From assembly GCF_003334335.1 (NCBI RefSeq), contig NZ_QOWQ01000021.1: a stretch of 64,000 nucleotides of DNA, one strand, 5' to 3'. The stretch comes from Escherichia coli. GTDB lineage: Bacteria; Pseudomonadota; Gammaproteobacteria; Enterobacterales; Enterobacteriaceae. Below, one piece after another: positions 9,161-20,038 of the stretch; positions within the stretch are counted from its first letter, which is position 1, and each line of letters begins with the position of its first letter. The notes below the pieces were generated by a model. That model saw nothing but the letters and a program-made list of their open reading frames with translations. It did not search any database and was not told the DNA's origin. The translations under genes and the position numbers were made by a program.

Positions 9161-9290
9161 GGCTTACTCTTCCCGCTTCGCTATGAGGTTATAAACCCCG
9201 CTGATCGGGTCATACCATATGCTGCGTGGCAGCAGCTTCTGGAAGTAGCGCGGATCTGGCATTACGGTTGACTGTTGTGACATGTCACAC

Positions 9291-9491
9291 CTAACTATTT
9301 GTTTTCCGTAATGGAGAAAAAATGAGGCTCTCTTTAGATAATTTGAGGGTTGGTGAAACTTTAGATACCGCTTCCTCAATTCTTTCAGCCATTGCAACTG
9401 AGGGGCGCCTAAAACCCAGAGCCATCTGGTTCAGGTATGCAACGCTAGTCCCAGATAACTGTGCCAGCCGCCTCCATTCATCCGCGCTCAT
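9291..9491 (-). CDS. Cro-like HTH regulator (start taken at the internal Met, MSADEW...)
   Basis: HTH-like segment LAQLSGTSVAYLNQMALGFRRPS; divergent from the cI-like gene across a 138-bp operator region. Confidence 0.6.
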   Translation of the reverse strand: MSADEWRRLAQLSGTSVAYLNQMALGFRRPSVAMAERIEEAVSKVSPTLKLSKESLIFSPLRKTNS

Positions 9492-9549
9492 GACTCCTCT
9501 GATTGAGAGCAATACACTGGACATAAAAAACCCCATACTGTATTGGTTA

Positions 9550-9572
9550 TTAGCAACGTGCTAACATTAGCA
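9550..9572. promoter_or_regulatory. Candidate operator: overlapping inverted repeats TTAGCA-acg-TGCTAA-ca-TTAGCA in the cro/cI divergent region
   Basis: Perfect 6-bp half-sites in inverted orientation; a related site TTAGCA-ttt-TGCTAt lies at 10118-10136 upstream of the next HTH gene. Confidence 0.55.
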
Positions 9573-9629
9573 CATGAGATCACAATACAGCAATACGCTG
9601 TAAAGCATTTAGCTAACAATGAGACAAGC

Positions 9630-10085
9630 ATGGAAATCAAAGATATTCGCTTAAAAAATCTACAGACGGTAATCCAACGCAGCGGCTTAACCCAGACAGA
9701 TCTGGCGTTAAAATGTGAGATATCACCCTCACTTATAAGCCAAATAATGACTAAGCGCAGAAATATGGGAACTGCTCTCGCTAGAAAACTCGAGGGGCGA
9801 CTGAGCCTATCAGAAGGATGGTTTGACATCCCCCACTCATTGCTGGATTCCCCATGGCATCTAGCTAAAATGAGGGAAAAGACTGGTGAGACCACTATTG
9901 ATGAACAGCAACTAACTAAAAGAGAGACTCGACTTATTGAGTTATTCAGACAAATGCCTGAAAGCGAAAAAGACAGGATAATCAGTGAGTTATCTGAAAA
10001 GAAACGTAATTTTGACAAACTACTTGATGAGCTAATGGCTGTTAAAGCATCAAGAATGCCGATCGACAAAGACGAAAATGAATAA
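9630..10085 (+). CDS. cI-like immunity repressor (XRE-family HTH, no S24 peptidase domain)
   Basis: HTH LTQTDLALKCEISPSLISQIM; C-terminal half is acidic/coiled and lacks the Ser-Lys autocleavage motifs; start at ATG 9630 (the track ORF begins upstream at 9543). Confidence 0.7.
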   Translation: MEIKDIRLKNLQTVIQRSGLTQTDLALKCEISPSLISQIMTKRRNMGTALARKLEGRLSLSEGWFDIPHSLLDSPWHLAKMREKTGETTIDEQQLTKRETRLIELFRQMPESEKDRIISELSEKKRNFDKLLDELMAVKASRMPIDKDENE

Positions 10086-10188
10086 TAAATACAACGCACT
10101 ATAAAAAAAACAGCAAACATTAGCATTTTGCTATTGTCAAGAATAACGCATAGCGCTACATTCACCTCAGCAAGTAAAAACAAGTGAG

Positions 10189-10641
10189 GTGAATGTAATG
10201 TTAAATGATAAACATGACTCTTATTCCGTAAACTCTCTGTTGATTTGTGCTCAAGCGGCACTATTAGGCGGTACCGCTTCAAACCATGACGTCATCAACC
10301 TCTTAGATGTTGCACAAGACATCATCTCTTCAACTATGAATTCCTTTACAGATAGTAGCGCTCCCGGCGCTAATGTTGATTTATTTACCAAAGAAGTTAG
10401 CGCTAGTAATTCCCCAGCATTATCTTTCGGTCAACGTATTCTCCAAGCGCGTAAATCAGCAAGTCTTCAACAACATCATATTGCCAGCGGTGCTGGAGTG
10501 ACTGTTCAGGCTGTTTCGTTATGGGAAAATGACTCAGCAATTCCTACTTGCGACAAAATTATCCCATTGGCAAATCTTCTTGGCTGCGATCCAATGTGGT
10601 TACTGACTGGTGCTTATAAACAAAATCAGGAGGAAGCATAA
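10189..10641 (+). CDS. Second HTH (XRE-family) protein with an N-terminal domain of unknown function
   Basis: C-terminal HTH FGQRILQARKSASLQQHHIASGAGVTVQAVSLWE; exact start uncertain. Confidence 0.55.
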   Translation: MNVMLNDKHDSYSVNSLLICAQAALLGGTASNHDVINLLDVAQDIISSTMNSFTDSSAPGANVDLFTKEVSASNSPALSFGQRILQARKSASLQQHHIASGAGVTVQAVSLWENDSAIPTCDKIIPLANLLGCDPMWLLTGAYKQNQEEA

Positions 10642-10642
10642 G

Positions 10643-10834
10643 ATGAAAATGTTCAAAGGCCTCACCAACGAACCGGAGACAGCTTTTCATCACATTGCCG
10701 TACTGCTTGAAGCGGGGTTAATCATTTCGGCTTCCGGTGATGAAGAATGTGATGAACTTTCGGATGATATCTTTTTACTGGCACAACAATACGCCAGAAG
10801 CGCATGCGATGCATTTAAGGAGCAAAGAACATGA
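10643..10834 (+). CDS. Small hypothetical protein (63 aa)
   Basis: AGGAGG 7 nt upstream of the ATG; stop overlaps the next start. Confidence 0.5.
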   Translation: MKMFKGLTNEPETAFHHIAVLLEAGLIISASGDEECDELSDDIFLLAQQYARSACDAFKEQRT

Positions 10835-11022
10835 TAACTCCATTAAATATTCTTGAGGAAGTGGCGGCACAAATAAAAGAGAATACATCAATGCTTGAAT
10901 TTATATTTAAGAATTCGCCCGACCAAGGAGAGACAGACGATTATTTATGCTGTCTCATTCGCTCCATGAATAAGACCTGTGAAATGGCTTACGAGTATAT
11001 AGAAACACTACGCAACGAATAA
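10831..11022 (+). CDS. Small hypothetical protein (63 aa)
   Basis: Start overlaps the stop of the upstream gene. Confidence 0.45.
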   Translation: MITPLNILEEVAAQIKENTSMLEFIFKNSPDQGETDDYLCCLIRSMNKTCEMAYEYIETLRNE

Positions 11023-11206
11023 AGAACACTCAGTAAAAAATCACACATAAAAACATGACGGCCTCTGGTCGTGGATTTCCACAACCAGAAAATAATGGTG
11101 ATGCATGAAAAATAGAAACGCTTATAAAACCGCATTATTAATGGCTAATGCAGGATACTGGTCAGTTGCAATACTGTTTCTCAGAAAAGCATACGGGAAA
11201 TAACAA

Positions 11207-11566
11207 ATGGCATGTACAACCATTTATAAAGATCGTCGCCGCATGGTAACAGCGGCACTCCGGCGGATGCAACGTAAAACAGGTAGTAATCTGCTCGTCG
11301 TTGACCTCCCGGACGGAGAAATAACAACGATAGAAATAACTGAACAGTTCATGAACCAGTTGTTATTACGATTTGAGGGTCTTACCCGTGTTGAATATGG
11401 ACGGACGGAAGGAGAAGCAACAATCCGTACCGCATACCAGAATGCCATCGGTATTAATCAACACACGGAATATCTCACTGAATCAGGGAAACTGATAGTG
11501 GACGGCCTTTTAAAAGAGGTTGTTGACTACGTAAAAGAGAAATATATCAGTGGAGGAATTAACTGA
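11207..11566 (+). CDS. Hypothetical phage protein (119 aa)
   Basis: ORF in the plus-strand accessory operon. Confidence 0.5.
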   Translation: MACTTIYKDRRRMVTAALRRMQRKTGSNLLVVDLPDGEITTIEITEQFMNQLLLRFEGLTRVEYGRTEGEATIRTAYQNAIGINQHTEYLTESGKLIVDGLLKEVVDYVKEKYISGGIN

Positions 11567-11746
11567 TGTCTGATTTATCCCCTCTTATACACGAAAAAGT
11601 ACAGATCATTATGACGATTGAAAATGGCCAAGTCACAGGTGTCTGCAAAGTCCGCGATGGCTAGCTGATTGCCAGCATGGATACATTCATACGGCTGGCA
11701 GAAAGAGCGGGGTATCAGATAACAGCACCAGCTCAGGAGGAAACCA

Positions 11747-11965
11747 GTGGCATTAACAGCAACACGCATTCCTGAGCGGATCCACCGGCAGGCATTGCAG
11801 GTCCTGTTGTTGTACCGATGCCGACGGATATTTCCGCATCGGATACAGCGCACCGGATATCTCAGTCTGAAGGTTAACCGTCGCTGGCGGCTGTTATCGA
11901 AAGACGACGGCCGGAACTGGGAAGTAATGAGTCATGAACGTTATTCGGGAGAAATAAAGAAATGA
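11747..11965 (+). CDS. DUF4222-like small phage protein (GTG start)
   Basis: RWRLLSKDDGRNWEVMSHERY motif, also present in a paralog in the second prophage (61966-62193); AGGAGG upstream. Confidence 0.55.
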   Translation: MALTATRIPERIHRQALQVLLLYRCRRIFPHRIQRTGYLSLKVNRRWRLLSKDDGRNWEVMSHERYSGEIKK

Positions 11966-12360
11966 TCGACAACCGCACCGCCAGCGCCAGCGCCATTAAC
12001 CAGGCATTACAGAAACATGATACACCCGTCGGCCCGTTATTTTTTGTAACACGCCACGGAAGAACAAAAAAATGCCTCACTCGAAAAACGGCAATTCGTT
12101 ACCTGGCCTTCTTTATGACCACCCGCGCTTTTGAACGTTCAGGATTCCGACAACGCCATCCTGACAAGCGTTTTATCTTCAACGGGAATGAAATATGGAA
12201 ACGTGGAGAATCAACCACAGAGTATACCCGCGCACACCAGCGAACAATCAGACGACTGCGCAGACTCATCGCCAGGAAACAGTATACAGAAAAATGGTTC
12301 AGAAAATATGACACATGGAGCGCCGGATATTACGAACTGATGGCAACAAAACCATTCTGA
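11962..12360 (+). CDS. Hypothetical basic phage protein (132 aa)
   Basis: Start overlaps the upstream stop; Arg/Lys-rich. Confidence 0.5.
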   Translation: MIDNRTASASAINQALQKHDTPVGPLFFVTRHGRTKKCLTRKTAIRYLAFFMTTRAFERSGFRQRHPDKRFIFNGNEIWKRGESTTEYTRAHQRTIRRLRRLIARKQYTEKWFRKYDTWSAGYYELMATKPF

Positions 12361-12420
12361 CGTAAACGAAATTAACCATGACGCAATTAAATAAGGCAAG
12401 CCGAATACATCAGGAGGACC

Positions 12421-12609
12421 ATGAACATTTATTTCAGAATAGTTATATCACTGGCAATTATCACATGTATTTACGGATTAATCGTTCCGGCCCTCATATC
12501 AATGAAGGATACGGTAGCAGTGATTTCTGGCTTTGCTCTGGCGTGTCTGACCCCGCCCTGCATTTATGCCATTTATAAGGGTCTTTCTTTTTCTAAGGAT
12601 AAAAGATGA
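12421..12609 (+). CDS. Small two-helix membrane protein (62 aa), translationally coupled to the SPFH gene
   Basis: Two hydrophobic segments; its stop overlaps the SPFH start (ATGA). Confidence 0.55.
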   Translation: MNIYFRIVISLAIITCIYGLIVPALISMKDTVAVISGFALACLTPPCIYAIYKGLSFSKDKR

Positions 12610-13433
12610 AAAAATTACTTTTTGCTTTAGCCCTTGTTCTGCCGACCATTGGCCTTGTCGGTTGCGATCGCGTTGAGCCTGGTAATGTGGGCATCAAAGT
12701 AAACAAACTGGGCGACGATAAAGGCGTCGGTGAAGTGGTCGGTGTTGGGCGCTACTGGACGGGATGGAACACTGAGGTTTACATCTTCCCGACCTTTAAG
12801 CAGATGAAGACCTACGATGATCCATTCAGTTTCCAGATGAGTGACGGTACAACCATCGGCTATCACATCGGCGTGGCCTACAAAGTTGATCCATCCAAAG
12901 TTACCACAGTCTTTCAGACCTACCGCAAAGGCGTGGACGACATTACCGACACCGACCTGCGCCAGAAGATAGCCGACGCACTCAACCGACTGGCCAGCAA
13001 AATGACCACCGACAAATTTATCGACGGCGGCAAGTCTGAGCTGCTGGATGCAGCTCTTAAAGACATTCAGGAAGAAATGACGCCCATCGGTATTCAGGTA
13101 ATGAGCCTCTCATATGTGGGTAAGCCGGAGTACCCGCCTACTGTTATCGACAGCATTAATGCCAAAGTCACGGCGAACCAGAAAACCCTGCAACGCGAGC
13201 AGGAAGTAAAACAGCGCGAAGCGGAAGCCAACATGTTGCGCGCGGAAGCTGCCGGACAGGCAGATGCGATTCGCACAAAAGCCCAGGCCGAAGCCGATGC
13301 TATTCGTTTACGCGGTGAAGCTCTGCGCCAGAACCCCGGTGTTATGGAGCTGGAAGCCATCAACAAGTGGAACGGTACACTGCCGCAATACATGACCAGC
13401 GGTGCCAACACACCATTTATTCAGGTTAAGTAA
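12606..13433 (+). CDS. SPFH/band-7 (prohibitin/HflKC-like) lipoprotein with C-terminal coiled coil
   Basis: Signal peptide with lipobox LVGC; SPFH-like core; Ala/Glu/Arg-rich heptad region QREAEANMLRAEAAGQADAIR. Confidence 0.7.
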   Translation: MKKLLFALALVLPTIGLVGCDRVEPGNVGIKVNKLGDDKGVGEVVGVGRYWTGWNTEVYIFPTFKQMKTYDDPFSFQMSDGTTIGYHIGVAYKVDPSKVTTVFQTYRKGVDDITDTDLRQKIADALNRLASKMTTDKFIDGGKSELLDAALKDIQEEMTPIGIQVMSLSYVGKPEYPPTVIDSINAKVTANQKTLQREQEVKQREAEANMLRAEAAGQADAIRTKAQAEADAIRLRGEALRQNPGVMELEAINKWNGTLPQYMTSGANTPFIQVK

Positions 13434-13476
13434 TACATATGCCCGGTATTACACGCCGGGCTGTCTGGAGATAAAA

Positions 13477-14226
13477 ATGAATATTGTAACCATCAACAAC
13501 AAACAGTTTCCGGTAATCGAATATCGCGGTCAGCGTGTTGTGACATTTGCAATGATTGATGACGTCCACCAGCGCCCGGAAGGTACCGCCCGTGCTGCGT
13601 TTAACCGCAACCGTTCTCACTTTATCGAAGGGGTGGATTTTCTTGAAATGACTGCGGACGTAATACGTACGGAGTCACTTTCTGATGCCTTTGCCGCGCG
13701 AACTGCCAAAGGGATCATTCTTTTCGAGTCTGGTTACCTGATGTTGACGAAGCCTTTTAACGATGCTCTTGCATGGCAGGTTCAGCGCGAACTGGTTAAC
13801 AGCTATTTCCGAACTCATGCGCCGCTGACGGAAATGGAGATGATCGCTGCAATGGCCGCCGATGCCGTTCGCCAGCAGAAGCGCCTGAGTCATGTTGAAG
13901 AGAAGATCGAAACGGTCACCAAAGCTGTGGAGAACATCAAACGCGGCACAATGCGCACTGGATATGTCGGTTACCGCCAGGTGGTAGCCAAAAGCGGAAT
14001 GAGTGACGCCAAGTGTCGGAATCTGGTCAACGCCTACCACATCCCTACCGACACGCACGAATTTATGACTCCGGACGGTCTGTTGTCTCGCAGGGCTGTC
14101 GTCGAGCTTGAGACATTTATGGCGGCGTTCCACCAAATGATGTCAGAGGCTGAACCACGCGGCACACGCTGGTATCACCCGAAGATGGGGCTTTTCCAGG
14201 TAATCGGATGGGAGGATAAAGCATGA
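13477..14226 (+). CDS. Bro-N/ORF6N-domain protein (antirepressor-like)
   Basis: N-terminus INNKQFPVIEYRGQRVVTFAMIDDVHQRPEGTARAAFNRN resembles the Bro-N/ORF6N family; start taken at ATG 13477. Confidence 0.55.
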   Translation: MNIVTINNKQFPVIEYRGQRVVTFAMIDDVHQRPEGTARAAFNRNRSHFIEGVDFLEMTADVIRTESLSDAFAARTAKGIILFESGYLMLTKPFNDALAWQVQRELVNSYFRTHAPLTEMEMIAAMAADAVRQQKRLSHVEEKIETVTKAVENIKRGTMRTGYVGYRQVVAKSGMSDAKCRNLVNAYHIPTDTHEFMTPDGLLSRRAVVELETFMAAFHQMMSEAEPRGTRWYHPKMGLFQVIGWEDKA

Positions 14227-14792
14227 TCATCCAGTCAAAACTTATTCGCGCCGCTCTGGTGTGCGCTGCTAAAAACGACGTTCGTTATTACCTGAACGGT
14301 CTTCACATCACGCCAAAACATATTGAGGCAACCAATGGTTCCGTGGCACTGCGCATGACTCACGGCATCCGGACGAAGAAAAACATCATTGTCCAGTTCG
14401 AAGGTGGCGTCCCGGCCAAAGCCGAAACGACAGAGCTGATTTTTAGTAAAGAGCCGATCGCTGTTCATCGCGACCAGTTTCAGCGCCGACTGTCCATTAC
14501 CGGCATTAAATTGGTGGACGGTTGTTTTCCGGATTTGGAACGCATCATTCCGAAAAAATTTGACCTCTGTACACACCCGGTGATCCAGGCGGGTTACCTG
14601 AGTTATCCAGAGAAGATGTTTGGTCGTGAGCGTAAATTTATTCCCGTCCAGTTACGTCCCTCCGGTGACGGGCAAGCGGTCAGAATTCAGTTTGATTCCA
14701 TCATCAACTCAATGTATGGCAATCCTGAATTTGTTGTGATGCCTTGTCGTGATCATGGCGATTTCAATGTGGCTCAGGAGCATCCGGAATGA
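14223..14792 (+). CDS. Hypothetical phage protein (189 aa)
   Basis: ORF with start overlapping the upstream stop. Confidence 0.5.
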   Translation: MIIQSKLIRAALVCAAKNDVRYYLNGLHITPKHIEATNGSVALRMTHGIRTKKNIIVQFEGGVPAKAETTELIFSKEPIAVHRDQFQRRLSITGIKLVDGCFPDLERIIPKKFDLCTHPVIQAGYLSYPEKMFGRERKFIPVQLRPSGDGQAVRIQFDSIINSMYGNPEFVVMPCRDHGDFNVAQEHPE

Positions 14793-14824
14793 AAATCGAA
14801 TACCAGGACGCCGCAGGAGGTGAA

Positions 14825-14911
14825 TCAATGAGCTGGCCTGATGCAATCGTAACTCTGGGGATGGTATTCGCAGTAGCGTTTGTTGTGTACTCGATTTGTC
14901 GATGGGGATAA
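14825..14911 (+). CDS. Candidate small single-TM peptide (27 aa, MSWPDAIVTLGMVFAVAFVVYSICRWG)
   Basis: AGGAGG 7 nt upstream of the ATG; hydrophobic core; below the ORF-track size cut-off. Confidence 0.35.
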   Translation, partial: SMSWPDAIVTLGMVFAVAFVVYSICRWG

Positions 14912-14915
14912 CCAC

Positions 14916-15158
14916 ATGTTCGCTTTGATTCAACGCGGGCAGATATACACCGATAGTGCTGGCTACCCGATAAAAATTGTTCGCTGCATAAACAACACTG
15001 TGTTGTACAGAAGAATGGATGGGCGAACACAGTCAGTAAAAATAAACGATTTCAATGAACTGTTTGAACGGATTGATCACCAGGAATACCGACAAATTCT
15101 GGCAGAAACAGAGCAGGAAGCTCATCTGAAAAAATTACGGGCCATGAAAAGGAAGTAA
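14916..15158 (+). CDS. Hypothetical small phage protein (80 aa)
   Basis: ORF from MFALIQRGQIY. Confidence 0.45.
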   Translation: MFALIQRGQIYTDSAGYPIKIVRCINNTVLYRRMDGRTQSVKINDFNELFERIDHQEYRQILAETEQEAHLKKLRAMKRK

Positions 15159-15316
15159 AGAATGAATAAAGCATTTGAACAATGGGTCCACCAGCGTTAC
15201 GGCAATCGCTATGACCTGACACGAGATGTTGACGGTTTCTACTGTCGTGAAATTGTGAAACGAATGTTTGAAGTGTGGTGCCACTGCCGTGGGCTGAGTG
15301 TTGTGTGAGGTAATGC

Positions 15317-15553
15317 ATGGGCAATGTGATTCAACTGGCTCCCAATGAATGGGTTTGTGAAAGCGTTCTAATCGCAATTACCGGGCTCAAACCAGGCACA
15401 ATTCTTCGGGCCCGGAAAGAATGCTGGATGGTTGGAAGAGAGTATATTCACGTATCACCAGACGGTAATCCAAAGCCTTCCAGTGAATGTATGTATAACA
15501 GAAAAGCAATAGATGCCTGGGTCGCTTCAATGAAAAACAAACAACCTGGGTGA
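15317..15553 (+). CDS. xis: Excisionase-like DNA-binding protein
   Basis: 78-aa ORF directly upstream of the integrase on the same strand. Confidence 0.55.
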   Translation: MGNVIQLAPNEWVCESVLIAITGLKPGTILRARKECWMVGREYIHVSPDGNPKPSSECMYNRKAIDAWVASMKNKQPG

Positions 15554-15608
15554 TTTAATGCCATGAAGTATGTAAGCTCGTATCGCTCTTGGGCGTCTGG
15601 AGGTATCA

Positions 15609-16922
15609 ATGGATAAAGTCAAATATCCAACAGGCGTCGAAAACCACGGCGGCACATTACGCATCTGGTTTAATTTTAAAGGTAAACGTGTCAGGGAAAA
15701 TCTTGGTGTCCCTGACACTGCCAAGAACAGGAAGATCGCCGGGGAACTGCGGACATCGGTATGTTTTGCCATCCGCACAGGAAGCTTTGATTATGCTGCA
15801 CAGTTCCCTGACTCCCCCAACCTTCAGGCTTTTGGGGTAAGTAAAAAAGAAATTACGGTGAAGGAACTTGAAGAAAAGTGGCTGGATCTGAAACGAATGG
15901 AAATCTCTGCAAATGCATTCAATCGCTATGAATCCGTTGCAAGAACGATGGTTTCGAAAATTGGAGGCAGTAGACTGGTGTCATCGGTAACCAAAGAGGA
16001 ATTGCTGTATATCAGGAAAGATTTGCTAACCGGGTATCAGAATTCAACGAAAAACAAAGCAGCAGCAAAAGGACGGAGCGTCGTTACTGTAAATTATTAC
16101 ATGACGACAATCGCTGGAATGTTTCAGTTTGCTGCAGATCACGGTTACTTAGAAGCAAATCCCTTCCAGGGAATTAAGCCTCTTAAAAGAGCCAGGGCAG
16201 AGCCAGATCCGCTAACTCGTGACGAATTTATTCGCCTGATAGATGCTTGCCGACATCAGCAGACGAAAAACCTGTGGTCATTGGCTGTGTACACAGGAAT
16301 GCGTCACGGTGAACTGGTCTCCCTGGCCTGGGAAGATATCGATCTGAAGGCAGGAACAATTACCATCAGGCGCAATTATACGAAACTTGGTGAGTTCACT
16401 CTACCGAAAACTGAAGCAAGCACAAACAGGGTTGTGCACCTTATCCAGCCCGCTATCAGTGTCCTGAAAAATCAGGCTGAAATGACAAGACTGGGTAAGC
16501 AGTACAACATCAAGGTGCAACTACGTGAATATGGACGTTCAGTGAACCATGAATGTACTTTCGTGTTTAACCCTCAAGTGGTTAGAAAAAGCGAACAGGT
16601 AGGTTTTGTCTACAAAGTCGATTCTGTAGGTGACTCATGGGAAACAGCCATTAAGCGTGCAGGGATCAGGCATCGAAAGGCATACCAGTCACGACACACT
16701 TATGCGTGCTGGTCATTATCTGCCGGAGCAAACCCAAGCTTCATTGCCAGCCAGATGGGCCATGCAAGTGCCCAGATGGTATTCAATGTATACGGAGCAT
16801 GGATGACTGACAGCAATGCAGAACAGATCGCAATGCTGAATCAGAAGCTGACAGATTATGTCCCAATGATGCCCCATAGTCACCAAAGTGACACCAGAGG
16901 CTTATTAAAATCAGTAAGTTAA
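15609..16922 (+). CDS. int: Tyrosine-type phage integrase
   Basis: GGAGG RBS; catalytic-region motifs TGMRHGEL, HRKAYQSRHT, VYGAW; ends at the prophage/yecE junction. Confidence 0.85.
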   Translation: MDKVKYPTGVENHGGTLRIWFNFKGKRVRENLGVPDTAKNRKIAGELRTSVCFAIRTGSFDYAAQFPDSPNLQAFGVSKKEITVKELEEKWLDLKRMEISANAFNRYESVARTMVSKIGGSRLVSSVTKEELLYIRKDLLTGYQNSTKNKAAAKGRSVVTVNYYMTTIAGMFQFAADHGYLEANPFQGIKPLKRARAEPDPLTRDEFIRLIDACRHQQTKNLWSLAVYTGMRHGELVSLAWEDIDLKAGTITIRRNYTKLGEFTLPKTEASTNRVVHLIQPAISVLKNQAEMTRLGKQYNIKVQLREYGRSVNHECTFVFNPQVVRKSEQVGFVYKVDSVGDSWETAIKRAGIRHRKAYQSRHTYACWSLSAGANPSFIASQMGHASAQMVFNVYGAWMTDSNAEQIAMLNQKLTDYVPMMPHSHQSDTRGLLKSVS

Positions 16923-16939
16923 TCCTTAATACCCGTCAT

Positions 16940-17674
16940 GTTAACTGCGTGGAGGGCAACACCACGCTTTACGCCCTGCCGAAACCCGAGGTTGTCCTGC
17001 GCTGGCGTGAACAGACCACAGATGACTTCCGCTTCTGTTTTAAGTTTCCGGCGACCATTTCGCATCAGGCAGCATTACGGCATTGCGATGATTTAGTGAC
17101 TGAATTTTTGACCCGCATGTCACCGTTGGCTCCGCGCATTGGGCAATACTGGCTGCAACTGCCTGCCACATTCGGCCCACGGGAGCTGCCTGCGCTTTGG
17201 CATTTTCTCGATTCTCTCCCTGGCGAATTTAATTATGGTGTGGAAGTCCGCCATCCACAGTTTTTCGCCAAAGGGGAAGAGGAACAAACGCTTAATCGCG
17301 GTTTACATCAGCGCGGCGTTAATCGGGTGATTTTAGACAGCCGCCCGGTTCATGCAGCATGTCCACACAGTGAAGCTATTCGCGACGCTCAACGAAAAAA
17401 ACCTAAAGTTCCGGTACATGCTGTACTGACGGAGACAAATCCGCTGATCCGTTTTATCGGTAGTGATGATATGACGCAAAACCGGGAATTATTTCAGGTC
17501 TGGTTACAGAAATTAGCGCAGTGGCATCAGACCACTACGCCTTATCTTTTTTTACATACGCCAGACATTGCCCTGGCCCCGGAACTGGTACATACCCTGT
17601 GGGAAGACTTACGTAAAACGCTTCCAGAGATCGGAGCAGTTCCGGCTATTCCACAGCAATCTTCTCTTTTCTGA
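16940..17674 (+). pseudogene. yecE: yecE (DUF72) 3' portion; first ~30 codons displaced by the prophage junction
   Basis: Translation from ...NCVEGNTTLYALPKPEVV matches YecE from about residue 30; no native 5' end in this window. Confidence 0.7.
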
Positions 17675-17727
17675 ATTTGCCACCTATCATAGACAGGTGC
17701 CATCGGCCATTTTAAAGGGAGTTTGTA

Positions 17728-19874
<2,147 letters not shown>

Positions 19875-19890
19875 AGGTCTGGTATTACTG

Positions 19891-19990
19891 CCGGATGCGG
19901 CGTGAATGCCTTATCCGGCCTACAAACCCTTGCTAATTCAATCTATTGCAGGGACTATGTAGGCCTGATAAGCATAGCGCATCAGGCAGT
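19891..19990. repeat. REP/BIME palindromic elements (two inverted REP units)
   Basis: tgccggatgcggcgtgaatgccttatccggcctaca and inverted gtaggcctgataagcatagcgcatcaggc. Confidence 0.8.
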
Positions 19991-20038
19991 TTTACGTTTG
20001 CATAACCTCAGCGCCCGTTTCCGGGCGCTATTCACTTC

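Larger units (their letters stand above)
1..16945. mobile_element. Lambdoid prophage, right-hand part (late, Q, replication, immunity, accessory and integration modules), inserted in yecE; left boundary is beyond the window start
   Basis: int and xis abut a 5'-truncated yecE; divergent cro/cI-like pair; Q-like antiterminator; phage tRNA trio; nanS-p type esterase. Confidence 0.85.

Noticed and set aside
9488-10282. 264-aa minus-strand ORF spanning the cro/cI operator region and the cI-like gene
   Set aside because: It overlaps the better-supported cI-like gene and divergent promoter region, and its product is low-complexity and Ser/Leu-rich. The reading frame is spurious.
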